Of a stretch of DNA of 64,000 bases, positions 26,958 through 40,797 are shown one piece after another. This DNA comes from Octopus bimaculoides (taxonomy: Eukaryota): the NCBI RefSeq assembly GCF_001194135.2, contig NC_068993.1, forward strand, positions 63,179,647 through 63,243,646. Direction: 5' to 3'. The notes beneath the pieces are model-generated. The model did not search any database, was not told where the DNA came from, and saw only the letters and a list, made by a program, of their open reading frames with translations. Numbering within the stretch: position 1 is the stretch's first letter; each line of letters begins with the position of its first letter. The position numbers and the translations under genes were made by a program.

Positions 26958-26988
<31 letters not shown>

Positions 26989-29228
26989 TGTATGATGTAT
27001 TTATTAATTTCTTTGTCGTACTGTTTCTTTGTGTGTCTGTCAAGGCTATTATTCTTACCCGTCTCCAAGAGATTGACATATTGTCTTGTTGAGATCATTT
27101 GCAGTAGTTACTCAAACATGCTCGCTACCACTGAAAATGAAACTAGTGGAATTTCATTCTGTTCTTCACAGTTATTTTAAGACTTAACACTCGTACTTCA
27201 ATATTTTCGCACACACAGTCATAACTTCTGACGTCGATACACCAGGAATAAAATAAAATGAAATGAAATAAAAATAGATAAATTGATTAAAAAAAAACAA
27301 GGTAATGATTTATTGATTTTTAAAAGGTAGAAACGTATACCATTGATAGAATTAATGTTAGTTTATCACAGGTAAATATTTTAACGACCACCAGAGGAAT
27401 GATTTGTTAGCCTCTCTCCATGCACTCTGCATGGGAGAATGTAATCTCACATTTGTCTGTGAAGGGTTTCAATTTGGTCAGACTGAATCAAAGTTATAGT
27501 GGCCCTTACCTAGGTAGACATACACAGTATCTTTTAACTGTTACTGTTTACTTGTATCAATCATTGCTGGGGCATGACCTTGAAAAATTTTAGTTGAAGA
27601 AATCAACTCCAATACTTTTTTTTTAGGCCTGGTACTTATTCTATCAATCTATTTTGCTGAACTGCTAAGTTACATGGACTTAAACACACCAACACCAATT
27701 GAGAAGCAGTGGTGGGCGACAAACACAGACGCTAAAACTTCTAAGCATTCTATCCTGCCTGCTAATGGTTCTGCCAGCTCACAACCTTTCTAATAATAAT
27801 AATAATAATAACAATAATAATGATATTAATAATTTTCTAGTATAGGCACAAGGCCTGAAATTTTCGGGGAGGAAGCTAGTTGATTGCATCAACCCAGTAG
27901 TCAACTGGTATTTATTTTATTGACCTTGAGAGGATGAAAGGCAAAGTCAACCTCAATGGAATTTGATCTCGGAACATGAAGATGAATGAAATGCTGCTAA
28001 GCAATTTGTCCGGTGTACTAACGACTCTGCCAGCTTATTTATATCTGGAAAGTTTTCTCCTCCTTTTTTTTAATTGCCAAGTTTTTGATCAGACCCTCAT
28101 CATGAAGACTTTGAAATTATATTCTTCATCATATGTATCACTTTGAATGTTATTTAAGCAATTTTAAAGTGATTTCTTTTGTGCTGTAGACCATTTACCA
28201 TTTCTGTGATGCTTCACCCTTCCCTTGATACCTTAAGCACGTGCTTATTTTGCTTAATAGTTATTCTGACAAAACCCTGTCCCCTATATCACAACTAGAA
28301 CAGGGATTGCTGAAAATTTGTCATAGACCCCCACCAGATTAGAAATTCTTTGAAATAGACCAGCCAGTTGATTTTTGTCAACTGCCAGAAGCTCTCCCCC
28401 AACCAAATCTCTTTGATCTTTCTACCAATACTCTGTGATAGAATGCTAATGCACAAATTTCACCAGCTGCATTGCACAATTGGTTGAAGGCTAAGTGCAG
28501 CTGACACCATTTAAGATTGCAGGTGCCTGGCACCGGTTTGGTTAACTCTGCTGATAATGATAAAGTGAAGAATTGCTTTCCTTTCTCTCATTATTCTTAC
28601 GAAATTTAAGATAATTGATAACGATCATACATAGTTTGTGTGTGTCTGTGTGTCCCTTTTATATAAGTAGCCGTTCACTTTGCCACTCTCACACTCACAC
28701 AGACGAGACAGTCGTATATGGAGTGCTTTTGATCATAGGCTCTGATATGGAGTTAAAACAACACATTCATATACACCAACATAGACACACACACTCACTC
28801 CCTCTTTCACAAACACACACACACATTGCTTATCATTGTTAGTTATACATTGCGTGCTTCTGTCATTTGCTGGACAGGCACACTAAAACCTTGAGAGGAT
28901 AAAAAGACAGAAAGAGAGAGAGAGAAAGAGGAGGAGAGAGAAAGAGGGTGAAGTGAAAATTAGTGGAGGGTTGGGAGAAGCAGGAGTAGGTAGGTGGGTG
29001 TTCTTAAAGTACCATATCAATGCCAACACAATGTTTTATTGATTCTTAAGCTTTTCCTCTCTATAATGCCTGATGCCGAAAAATCAGGGCTGGAATTAGA
29101 CTTTTTACCATTTTCTCTTTCCTTTCCTTTTTTTGTCTCTCTTCCTGTTTTCTTTCCTCTCTTTTCTTCTGTTGGACCAATTCCAGCCTGCATATTCCTT
29201 ACTGTTATTGATTATGTAAACTGCATAT

Positions 29229-29262
<34 letters not shown>

Positions 29263-29806
29263 ATATATGGCTATATGTGGAGGTACTTTTGAATTTCTTG
29301 CATGTAACTATTCTTAAGAACACCGTAAGGTTGTGAATGTGTATATGCTCTATACACACACACACAAGAGTGACTACTACTCCTGTGTGTGTGTGTGTGT
29401 GTGTGTGTCTCTCTCTCTCTATATATATATATACACACATACGAAATTTATTATAGGTGGGGAAACTACATGAGTAGCTCAAGGGCCAAGAGTTTCATGT
29501 GAATGCACTTAGAACATTTTCATGAGACACTCAGTCCTTGAGTCATTGATGTATATTCTCAGCGATAATAAAATAATATAAGCATGCTATTTTATGTATC
29601 AAGTTCTGGTTCTCCTGTTTATATAAACAATCTCACACACACACACACACACACAAAACCTATCTACATCATTTTGATTTATTACTGTACATTTAGATAT
29701 GAACAATAAATGTCTGATCTTATAGCATGTATTTACACACGCATACGCATACATTAGCACATATTCACCTACTTCTGCCTTCTTCTTGCTCTCTCTCTTT
29801 TTTGTT

Positions 29807-29870
<64 letters not shown>

Positions 29871-29924
29871 CTCTCTCTCTCTCTCTCTCATTTGCTATCT
29901 TTATCTCTCCCTCTACTACCCACA

Positions 29925-30615
29925 TACTGGGTCATCCCATAAATAATGCGTTTTTTTTTTCAATTGCATGAACTAAAAGTCGGAGGGGGATGGGATAAAC
30001 TACCTGCATCAACTTGTTATAAAAGCAGGAAGTAATTTTACTTTGTACTTATTCTTAGTGCAAGTTTTGAAGAGTGCAGATCGACTTTAACAGTTATTTT
30101 TCCAAAGCTCTAATGGAAGTGACAAAGGAGCATATTTGGCATATTTTGTTTTATGAGTTCAATAAAGGCAACAATGAAAATTGCGAGGAATATTAATACA
30201 TATATGAGGATTGGACAAGAAGTGTAAGCCAGTGTCAATGGTGGTTCCAGAAAATCTGAGCCAGAAACTACAGCCTAGAAGACGAACTTCATCCTGGAAG
30301 ATCTGCAGAGCTCAACAAGGACATCCTGCAAACCCTGGTGGAACAAAATCCCATCATAACTGTTGAGGAATTAGCAGAGAAGCTTGGATTTGGTCATTCA
30401 ACCATTCATCAACACCTGCCTGCCATCGGGAAAGTCAGCAAATTGGGTCAATGGGTTCCTCACAAACTTTCCAAGTCTAATCAGGTGCAAAAAGGGAATA
30501 TGTGCTCTTCTTTGCTGTCACATCTCACGAATGAATCTTTTTTGGACCGAATAGTGACTGGTGACGAGAAATGGGTTCTCTATAAAAATGTCAAGCGCCA
30601 AAGACAGTGGTCTTC
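29925..30615 (+). mobile_element. Mariner (DD34D) transposon, 5' half, frameshifted and truncated by a SINE
   Basis: TA then left TIR ctgggtcatcccataaataatgcgttttt. ATG at 30113 (MEVTKEHIWHILFYEFNKG). Later reads EQNPIITVEELAEKLGFGHSTIHQHL..IGKVSKLGQWVPHKL...FLDRIVTGDEKWVLYKN, containing the mariner WVPHEL and TGDEKW motifs. Confidence 0.92.
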
Positions 30616-32774
30616 ACCCATGTAAGGCATTGTTATCCTATCCATTTTGTGAAGTGTTTGGCATTAGGAAGGGCGTGCAGCTATAGAAGCCATGTTAAAG
30701 CAGACATTGGTACTTGGTACAATCTTCTTGCTCATTTGGCTCCTGTCAAACCATCCAACCCAGCATGGAACATGGACGTAAAACGATAATCAGGAGGGGG
30801 AGGAGGAGAAGGATATCTAATCAACTCTTTATTGTGACTTGATTGATCTTTTATTTCTCCTTTTTTTTTTTTTTTTGGTTTTATGTTATTAAATTTATTG
30901 ATTAGTATCAAGAAACCTCAAATTTGTTCTGTGAAATTGTGTGGTGCAGCTTGCACTTTCTGTCTTGGATCCATACTAAACCAGAAATTCTCAACCAAGG
31001 AATTTCTGGGTTCCACAAGGGTTGAAAGGGCAGGAGGAGGTAGAGGGAGTGGGTCCATAAGTTGTGTTAAAAATCTGAAGAGATTGCAGTTTAAAATGTA
31101 AACTCGGTTATATGTAACTACATATATCTTTAACGATATTATGGTTTTGATTTCTAGACCAGCAATGTGTTGTGTTCTTGAGCAAAACACTTCACCTCAT
31201 GTTCCTCCAGTTCATGAGTGACCCTGCAACAGACCGACACCATGTTCAAGGAGGAATATAGACGCCAGAGAAACCAGGAAACCAATTCTATGCTCCTTAC
31301 AGAGAAATGGGGGATAAACCCCACCACATGCACACGTATGTGTGTGTAGGTGTGTCTGTAAATGTAACTGAAACAGTCAGCTGTAGGCTATGGCCTATCG
31401 ACTGTTAACTATGAAATAACGGGGAATTACTTAGGAGAAGGTTTAATGAGACCCCTACAGGCTAGAAAAAATGTCCTAATTTTATCTGTACTTTTGACAT
31501 CTTGTTACATTGGTAAACTGAAATAAATGGCCTCTGGTCTTCTCAATAATACTGACTCTGTCCCCCACATCACACCTTTTGCCTTTCTCTTTTGCTTATC
31601 CACTTTCTACCTCTCTCTTTCATTATTCCGCTCTTTCTCTTTCACTGTTCCGCTCTTTCTCTTTCACTATTCTCAGTCTCTTTCTCTCACTTGTCTTTCC
31701 ACTTTCTATACCCCTTCCCCTATCTCTTTCACTCTCCCTCCCACCTTCTCTCCTTTCCTCTAACCCCCCACTCTTCTTTCACCTCCCCCACCCTGCAAGT
31801 GTTCATCTTCGTTTTCTACTTCTTTTCTTTCACATTAACCATTTTCTTTTCTTCTCTCTTTCACTGCCACCACCACCACCACCACCGTTCTTCCTACACA
31901 CCCTGCCAGAGTATTTTCAGCAGTTTAAACTTTGCCATCAGTTCATGAGCAAAAGTCTAAATTTGTAAGAAGACAAAAGTCACTTCACTTCAAATACCGA
32001 AGCATCTTATCTATTGATCTGTTTTACTTTTCTTTCCATTTGAGGTTTTTTTTAATCTCTTATCTCCTCCTCCTCCTCCTTCTCCCCCAGTTGTAATCTC
32101 ACTCATAAAGAAATCAAATTAGGTTTTATTTTTACTAAACTAATTACTAATAGGATATTAGGATAATCATGTTTTTGATTTATATATCCTTCCTCTCTGG
32201 GGCTGACTGATTTGATTATAGGCTGCTGGCAACATAGATTTTGGCAGCTTGTTGGTTCTACTTCAAAATCATCTCATCTAAATTAAATAAGTGTTTGCAA
32301 TATCCGGACCCATACATTTACTGAACTTCTTTCAGAAATGTGCTCTTGTTATGGAAACAAAGGGCATATTGAAATGAGCCTACTACAGAGTTTCTGTGTA
32401 GTTTGACCTACATGCTGCATGGAACAGCTAGCTCTGCCTCCGTAAACTTACTTCCCACAGACGTTCTGGTGAGGCAGTCTCTCTATGCTTGCTGAACCTG
32501 TTAGAAATTGTAGCCGAAACTCTCACATGTCACATCCTGGTTTCTTAAAAAAGAAGAACAGATTGCATAATGTAATCCTAGGCACACTTTGTCTGAGAAA
32601 AAAAAAAGGCTGATCGAGACTGATCTATCAGGAATGACGTGGGACTAAACACCAAAAATTTCCTATAGTAAAAAAGTCAGAGGGGTCTCTTAACCGTTTT
32701 TACTGCAGAAATCACACATATCCACTCAAAATTTCATTACCCTTAACAGTAGAAAGCAGTTTTATACACCATTC

Positions 32775-32974
32775 TTTTATACGTCTCAGTCATTTGACTG
32801 CGGCCATGCTGGAGCACCGCCTTTAGTCAAACAAATCGACCCCAGGACTTATTCTTTGTAAGCCTAGTACTTATTATATCGGTTTCTTTTGCTGAACTGC
32901 TAGGTTACGGGGACGTAAACCTACCACCATCCGTTGTCAAGCGATGTTGGTGGGACAAAGACAGACACGCAGAC

Positions 32975-32980
<6 letters not shown>
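32775..32980 (+). mobile_element. Abundant short interspersed repeat, family B (representative copy)
   Basis: tcagtcatttgactgcggccatgctggagcaccgcctttagtcaaacaaatcgaccccaggacttattctttgtaagcctagtacttatt...ggggacgtaaac. Related copies in both orientations at about 595-735, 4300, 6705-7045, 7160-7320, 22380-22600, 27550, 33720-34050, 35965-36200, 38240-38650, 46200-46800, 56262-56605, 63680-63830. Confidence 0.85.
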
Positions 32981-33019
<39 letters not shown>

Positions 33020-34967
33020 AAAGATAAAAATCTTGTGTGTATTTTAGAAGTATAACCAATTTATATCTCATAAACCTTAACAACAAAATCTTATATGGAA
33101 CCCGAAGGGCCATATGGATCCCGGTTCAGAACCACTAATCTATGGTATCTTAAGCAAGTCTCTTACCTTAGCTGAGCCCATTTTAGTACAAGGTACACCC
33201 TCACCTAGGATTTGAACTCAGCATTGAATGTACCGAAGCACTCAGCAAATTTACTATGCTGTCCTTCATTGAGTTGTTCCTGTTTTGCTCCATTAGTTTA
33301 CAGTTAATCAGATTGGGCTGTTTAATGTATCCCTATCCAATGCCAATAAAAGGCTATAGATTTGGTTGGGTGTCAATCCCTTACTAATTCATCCAACCAT
33401 GTTCTCCCTTAAATCTGAAACCTCTGCAATAGAAAGAAGGTAGAATGTCTATTGGGGGATTGTGTAATCAACTCCCTTCTGTGATTCATCTCTGTAGAAC
33501 CAGAATTGTGTTTGCATTACAATAACATCAATATCCAGTTAATGAAGACTAAATTCTTGGATATTTCTTTCATTGATATTGATTTAATGAGTTACACTAA
33601 TTAAGCCTTTGCTAATTGGCCATGTTTCCAATCAATTTAAAATGTACGACAGATCAAAGTCTGGCCTTCCTGGTTTGTCTTTGTTTAAAACACCTTTCTA
33701 TGTTCTTTACATCATACTCAAAGGTGCAGGCAGAGCCGTGTGGTTGAGAAGCTTCTTTCCCAATCTTGTGGTCGTGGGTTCAATCCCACTGTGTGGCACT
33801 TTTCTATTTTAGCCTGGGCTGACCAAAACCTTGTGAGTGGATTAGGTAGATGGAATCTGAAAGAATCCTGGTTTGTGCGTGTGGGTGTGTAACTTCTCAT
33901 AACTTGGCAGATTGGCAAAAGAAACTGATAGAATAAGTACTGAGTTTAAAAAGTAAGTCCTGGGGTCGAATTGTTTGACTAAAACACCTTCAATACAGTG
34001 CTCCAGCTTGGCAACAGTTCCGTGACTGAAGCAAGTTAAAGATAAAAAATACATATCTTATTTATTTATATCCCACCCAGGGAACAATGGCACCATTAGT
34101 TTTGGGTACCCAGTGGTCATGTCACAAGTCCACCTCATTTCTGGTGGCAAAAGTGACAAGTGAGTGTCTGTAATTCAGTACAGAACAAATATCACAAGGA
34201 ACATAATGGAATATAACGGAAAAGAAGCCAAATCTCTCTCACATCATATTCTAACATCTTAGCAAAACACAAACTGAAAAATGTATTCTTGGGTGCACTT
34301 GTGTAACTAGGGAAATGAGAGGATGATCATGACTAGAAGGGTCATTGGTCATTGGTCTGCTACACAAATGACTCTTAACAAAGCAACGTTTGGCTTGCTT
34401 AAAAACGCATTTGAAAGAAAAGTGGATGTAACAGGAAAAAAATGTCTTAAAGACTCAGTATTTGTGTAAGGGTTTATATGTGAATTACCTCCCTTTGTAA
34501 GAAACTCCTCTGTTGGATAAGTAAATTTAGGTGTCAGAAGACAAACTAGTTGTTGATGTTTAGCTTCCAGTTTGGTACTGTGATCAAAAGTACTCAATCA
34601 AACCGTGCCATCCCATGCCAGCATGGAAAGCATACGTTAAAGGAGGATGATGATGATAATGTTGCAAAACTAAAGAACAATGTATAATTTGACCCCACAT
34701 TGTCCTTGATTGAGCTGACCTGTGATCAAGGCATTTCAGCCATGGCCATCCCATCTTCAATTTTTAATGCACCCCTGACCATGACACCTAATACTGTTTT
34801 TTTTTACCTCTTTAATATAGTAAATTTTACTTGAGGGAGATTTAGCTACTATTTCTAGCACTTTGACTATCCATGTCGAATCTCTTTAGTTGGCTAGAAA
34901 AAACATGGCTGTATTTGAAGAACTATGAAAAGATTAAGATTTAATTGGAAAAAGTGATATGTTTCCA

Positions 34968-35187
34968 TTAACTCTTTTCTTACCATGTTTATGTTGAAAT
35001 TCACTGCCTATATTTTAATTAATTTTGAAAATAATGAAGAATTTCATAATATAAAATATAACTTTGTTGTTATTTTATCTGGTGTTTTGGAACATAAATT
35101 AACATGGAAGATTTCTAATTTAGATCATTTTTAAAATGAGAAGAGAATGCAGAACGGTCTCAGGTGGATTGGCATTAAAAAGGTTAA
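34968..35187. mobile_element. piggyBac-like MITE bounded by TTAA
   Basis: Begins ttaa-ctcttttcttacca and ends ttaaaaagg-ttaa, a degenerate TTAA-CCCTTT...AAAGGG-TTAA structure; non-coding interior. Confidence 0.6.
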
Positions 35188-36289
35188 TTTAACATCTCAA
35201 TTGATGGAGAGCTTAAATATAATAGAACCAGCCTAGGAATTGAGTTGCTGCTTTGTATTGTTCAATACCTACCTACCAACACTTCATTCCTGCCACTGAT
35301 TAAACAGCCACATGAACACTCAACGACTTTATAATCTTGTCTCCTTTCTGGTATATTAACATTATGATTGACTGGTCTCATAACAGCTGGCCTCCAGAGC
35401 AGTGTAATGTTTTAATTGAATGAATGAATAAATAAATAAATAATGAAAAGGTTTGCACTGATCAATATTAACTTGTCTTACATACAGTTCAGGCATTGTT
35501 CTTTGAGGAAATATTTCAGCATCTCTATCGGATTAGAGATAAATTTAATGTAATAATACTTTGCAATATTGTAAGAGAATCAAACTGCAATTGTGTTTGA
35601 TTTGATGTATAACATTTACAAGAACCTGTAGCGACTTCTTTTCTTATCTCATTGCGTATCTTTATTTCTTTACTCCAACACCCTCGGCCATGCATTCTGC
35701 TGCTGCTTCCACACTGAAGCAGCAGCAGCTAAGTTTTTTTTATGTATTCTAACAGATGTCTATGCTCATTCAGGTGAAATTATCTCTCAGATAATAGTGT
35801 CTTAGAAACATGTAAAAAGGGGTGGTGGTGGTGGTAGTGGTGGCGGCGGTGGTAGTGGTGGCGGCGGTGGTGGTAATTAAAAAGGAAAGAAATTAAAGAT
35901 TGTATGTTAAGGAAGTAGCAACAGCCCTAAAATATTTTGTGTTGCAGAAATTAGATAATCTTTTGTCTTTCACTTGTTTCAGTCATTGGACTGTGGCCAT
36001 ACTGGGGCACCAACACAAGGGGTTTTTAGTCAAACAAAACCCCAATACTTATTTTTAAGCCTGGATGCTTTATTCTTTCACTCACTTTTGCTGAACCACT
36101 AAGTTATTGTGACATAAACAAACCAACACTTGATGTCAAGCAGTGGATGGGAAACAAGCACACACATACAATGGGCTTCTTTCTGTTTCCATCTTCCAGA
36201 TTCACTATAGTTGTGGTGTCAAATAATAATAATAAAATAAAAGAAAAAACTATAATCTTGTATCAGCTATTACTTAACTAACCTGATAT

Positions 36290-36460
36290 ACTAGTAGTGG
36301 TTGTGGTGGTGGTGGTGGTGGTGGTGTTGGCAGTGGTGGTGGTGGTGATGGTGGTGGTGGCGGCAGCAGTGGTGGTGGTGGTGTTGTTGGCAGTGGTTGT
36401 GGTGGTGTTGGCAGTGGTGGTGGTGGCGGCGGCGGCAGCGGTGGTGGTGGTGGTGGTTAT
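36290..36460. repeat. Compound (GGT/GGC)n trinucleotide repeat
   Basis: Direct reading; produces the spurious poly-His ORF 36291-36512. Confidence 0.95.
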
Positions 36461-36964
36461 TGTTGCAGTATAAATGGAGTAATGTGTGTAATATATTTCT
36501 TAAAATCTCCATTACAAGATTTATGTGTTTATGTGCCTGAACAAATGTCTTTGTTTTTTTTTTGTTTTTTCATTTATCAAAATATATTAATATCTTAAAA
36601 CACATTTTATTGGATGTTTGGGTCAGCTCAAGAAATAATATCCGAATCAGAATCCAAAGGTCATTTTTCACTTTTGTTTTTGTTTGCAGCTGCCATTGCA
36701 GGAGTTTTCTTTAAGGCCACAGTCTGTCTCCTATGTTTAATGTAGGAGCCTCTACGTGGTCATCGAATCTGCTAGAAACAACAATGAAACTCCCTCAGCT
36801 AACACATCACTGTCTTCAGTACATAAAGCTCATATTAGACGTGCAGTTATGCATACTTTTACAGAGATAGGATGGTCATGATTGGAATGTCTTTTGATCA
36901 AAGGTTTGCTCAGTTAGGACTGGGGTTACACAGTAGCAACAAAACATACAATTATATTGTATAT

Positions 36965-37140
36965 CATCATCATCATTTAATGTCTCTTTTCCATGCTGGC
37001 ATGGGTTGGATGGTTTGACGAGCTGGCAAACCAAAGAGCTGCACCAGGATCCATTTGTCTGTTTTGGCATGGTTTCTGTGGACGGCTGCCCTTGCTAATG
37101 CTGACCACTTTACAGAATGGACTGGGTGCTCTTCATGTGA
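36965..37140 (+). mobile_element. SINE-type repeat, family C, with (CAT/GAT)n tail
   Basis: catcatcatcatttaatgtctcttttccatgctggcatgggttggatggtttgac...gcccttgctaatgctgaccact. Related copies at about 330, 2940, 21010, 23130, 30620, 34590, 37500, 41765, 43605, 44550, 62325. Confidence 0.8.
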
Positions 37141-37452
37141 AACCAGCACGGGTGCATTTGACATCAGTACAGGTGCTTTATATGCAGCTGTGTGTTCATA
37201 TAAAGACATACCAAAGCCAGCTGGTTATGAAGTTTATTTTGTAATGACAGATCTTGAGTTTAACCCCATTGCAAGGCATCATGGGTAAGTGACTTTTACC
37301 TTACAGCAAGAACCTTACCTATTCTGTTTCAACTCCCTTCATACATCTCCTTGCATAAAACTACCTCCCTCTCTCCACTCTAACCCCATTCAGGTGAAAA
37401 TGTTGGTCTTGCAAGCTGCACAGCAACCTCATTAGTGCTGGTGCTATGAAAA

Positions 37453-37483
<31 letters not shown>

Positions 37484-39230
37484 CCACTCTCTAAAATGGG
37501 GCGGGGAGGCATAAGGGAAGGCATCTGACCTTAGAAACCATGCCAAAGCAGACCTTGGAGCATGATGTAGTCTTTCAATTCGTCAGACCCAGTCAAATTG
37601 TTTGACCCATGCCAACAGAGACCATAGACGTTTAATGATGATGATGACATTGTGCTATTGTTAATGTAGGTCAACTAATACTAGGTCAACTAGTATTAGA
37701 GATGACTACCACCATCACCATGGCCATTACTACTACAACAAGTACTCCCACATATGCATTCACATCTAATTGCTAAATAACAAAGACTGAATAACTTATA
37801 GCTGTAGAAAAAAAAAACAAAAAAAAAGAAGAAAAAAGGCAGACAAAAAATAAACATCCTACTCACATGAGGGTGTGCTAATTTGCATATTGATGTTAAT
37901 TTAACAAGCATCATTAAGAAATTTCTAATATCTGAACACCATTTGTCTGATCTGGTGTAATATATTTGTTTGCTTTTAATGTTTCTATGAATAGAATGCA
38001 GCATAAATTATTAATCTGATGAATTCTATGTCTGTCGGTTGCATATTTCTGTGATAAACTGGCAAAACTTCTGCTCGTTGGAAGAGTGAAATATCTGAAA
38101 TCACAGCTTGTCGAATGGGTTGTTTTTAAAAAAAATGTTTGATTAGCTGAATATGCCATGTTTCTGCTGCTGGAGACGACGATTGGCTGGTGTAGTTTGA
38201 TTACTTTTTTACTTTTGCTTGTTTTAGTCAAAAGACTACAGCCAGGTGGCAGCACCACCTTCAAACATTTTTTTGTCAAATGAATTGACTCCAGTCCTAC
38301 GTTTAAAAATTTTTTTTTTTTGAAGCTTGGTATTATTATAGTGTTCCCTTTTGCTGACCCACTAAGTTAAGGCGATATAAACACACAAACACCTGTTATC
38401 AAGGGGTTGTGGAGGACAGACAGATATAAAAGAACAAAGGTGATGCACCAGCATTGCCTCGGTCTCTGGCTGAAACCGGTAAAATATAAAATATATATAA
38501 TGGGTTTCGTTCAGTTTCTGCCTACCAAATCCATTCGCAAAGCTTCGGTTGGCCTGAGGCTGTGGTAGGAGATACTTGTTTAAGGCACAGTGCCATGAGA
38601 TTGAACTCGGAACCATGTGGTTGGGAAGCAAGCTTCTTACCACACAGCCATAATTACGGAAACAAGATTTTGGACTTTTGAGAATTATTTAATGTCATAT
38701 TGATCAAGATGTTGTCAATGGTGAATTTATGATTTGGATAAAGAGATATAAATGTCACAGAAGTAGACATAAAGTGCTTTTGTCTTTCTTCATCAGACAT
38801 CAGCATTCACAAATGTTGTTTAAGTTCCAAATCAGCTTTGGTCAAAGTAGATCTTTGAACAAAGATATCCCACCTAAGCTTGCTTCCTAACATGATTGGG
38901 AAGTGAGCTTCTTATGGCATGGGTCTCAGTGGAACGGAACTCATGTGGTCTCCAGTTCAGTCCCAATGTGTAGTATCTTCAGCAAGTGTCTCCATACTAT
39001 TAGCCCTCAGTCAGCCAAAGCCTTGTGAATGGGTTTATATCGGGTGCCGGGAAGAGAGCTGGCAGAATCATTAAGCATGCCAGGTAAAATTCCGGTTTTT
39101 CATTCTGAGTTCAAATTCCACCAAAGCTTCTGTTGATTTGACCAACTAAGTACATACCATTGGTCAGCTTGATTAGACCAACTTGTCAGTAAATGGCAAC
39201 AATGCTCTCTCTCTCCCCCCTCTCTCTCAA

Positions 39231-39282
<52 letters not shown>

Positions 39283-40193
39283 ATATGCATACACACACGT
39301 GTGTATGCATATATACGTATGGATGTGTATATAAGTAAGTATATATGTATAGGTATCTATATATATATATGTATTTGTGTGTGTGTGTGTCTGTGCATGT
39401 ATGTATGTGTGTATGAATATATATATGCACACACACACACTCACACACACGTGTAAAATGATAGACATATACTGCAATACCTTTTAAGGTAAAAGATTTA
39501 TAATACTTCAGTTTACAAATTTTATTCTATTCCATTAAATACAGTCCTGCAGCTGTTGTTGTTGTTGTTGTATTGCAGTAGTTTAAAAGGTCATCTTACA
39601 GGATTCTTTAACCATTCAGTGCTCGTCAATGGGTCACATCAATTCTTTACCTATTGCTTCTTGTGTTAATTCCCTCTTCAACAATGCTTATAAACATCAT
39701 TATCTCTTGACTATAGCCGTCTCGATGTTAGTTGTGCCAACTGTTAACTATAAAACATATGCGCTTGCAGTCTGCTTAGCAAGATTTATGTGTATACAGC
39801 TTATATAACAAGGTGTATATTGCTAGGCAGGTGGGCAAGATTAGCCAAATAACTTCTATCATGAGGTCACAAGTTCCAAACCGGTGCATGGCATCTTGGG
39901 CGAGTTTCTTTTACCATAGTTTCAGGTCACCTCTAGCATTATGAGTTAAATTAAGGTAGATGGGTCATGTATGGAAGCCTGTTGGATCGATTGTACACGT
40001 GGTTTGATGGTCCAGCCTGCTCCCATATTCTGTCACACTGATTCTGCTCGAGGATTTATGTTGAGGGTACATCATGTGTCTGTGGAATACTCAGCTAGTT
40101 ACGAGGCATTAGTTTACAAATTAGCTGGTCCAGTTGATTGAATAACTGAATGTTCGCAATTGAAACTGATGTATACAGCCTCTACAGTAAGGA

Positions 40194-40266
<73 letters not shown>

Positions 40267-40517
40267 TACACACACATATACATATGTGTATGTGTATATA
40301 TATGTGTGTATATCTACACACACACACATCCTCCAGGGCTTATACAATAAGGGTGTATGTCTATCTGTCTGTCTACATCTCTGTTTGTCTTTCTCTTATA
40401 CACACACACACACACACACACACACCCTGTATAGTAAGATACACCACAGTATTGTAATGAAAGAGTTAACAATAACCAGAATAACTATCTTGTATGAGGT
40501 TTACCATGGTTACTCTT

Positions 40518-40567
<50 letters not shown>

Positions 40568-40711
40568 CCTCTGTTCTTGTCTGTGTGTCTGTCCATCCCC
40601 CCTCTCTCTCTCTTCTTCTTTCCTCCTCTTTCTCTTTTCCAGTTTATTATTTGTCTAAGACAACTTTCTGCTGTGACATTTATCTTCTTACAGGATTCAA
40701 AATGTGTGCGT

Positions 40712-40748
<37 letters not shown>

Positions 40749-40766
40749 TCTCTCTCTTTCTCTCTG

Positions 40767-40797
<31 letters not shown>

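Noticed and set aside
27085-27180. LRSFAVVTQTCSLPL resembling PGAP2 TM1, and TGAGATCATT resembling the bantam miRNA 5' end
   Set aside because: The frame turns hydrophilic and stops with no phase-0 donor. The miRNA match ends after 10 nt and I could not fold a convincing precursor.
37914-38279. 121-aa minus ORF
   Set aside because: It begins in a family-B repeat, has no homology I recognise and no splice support.
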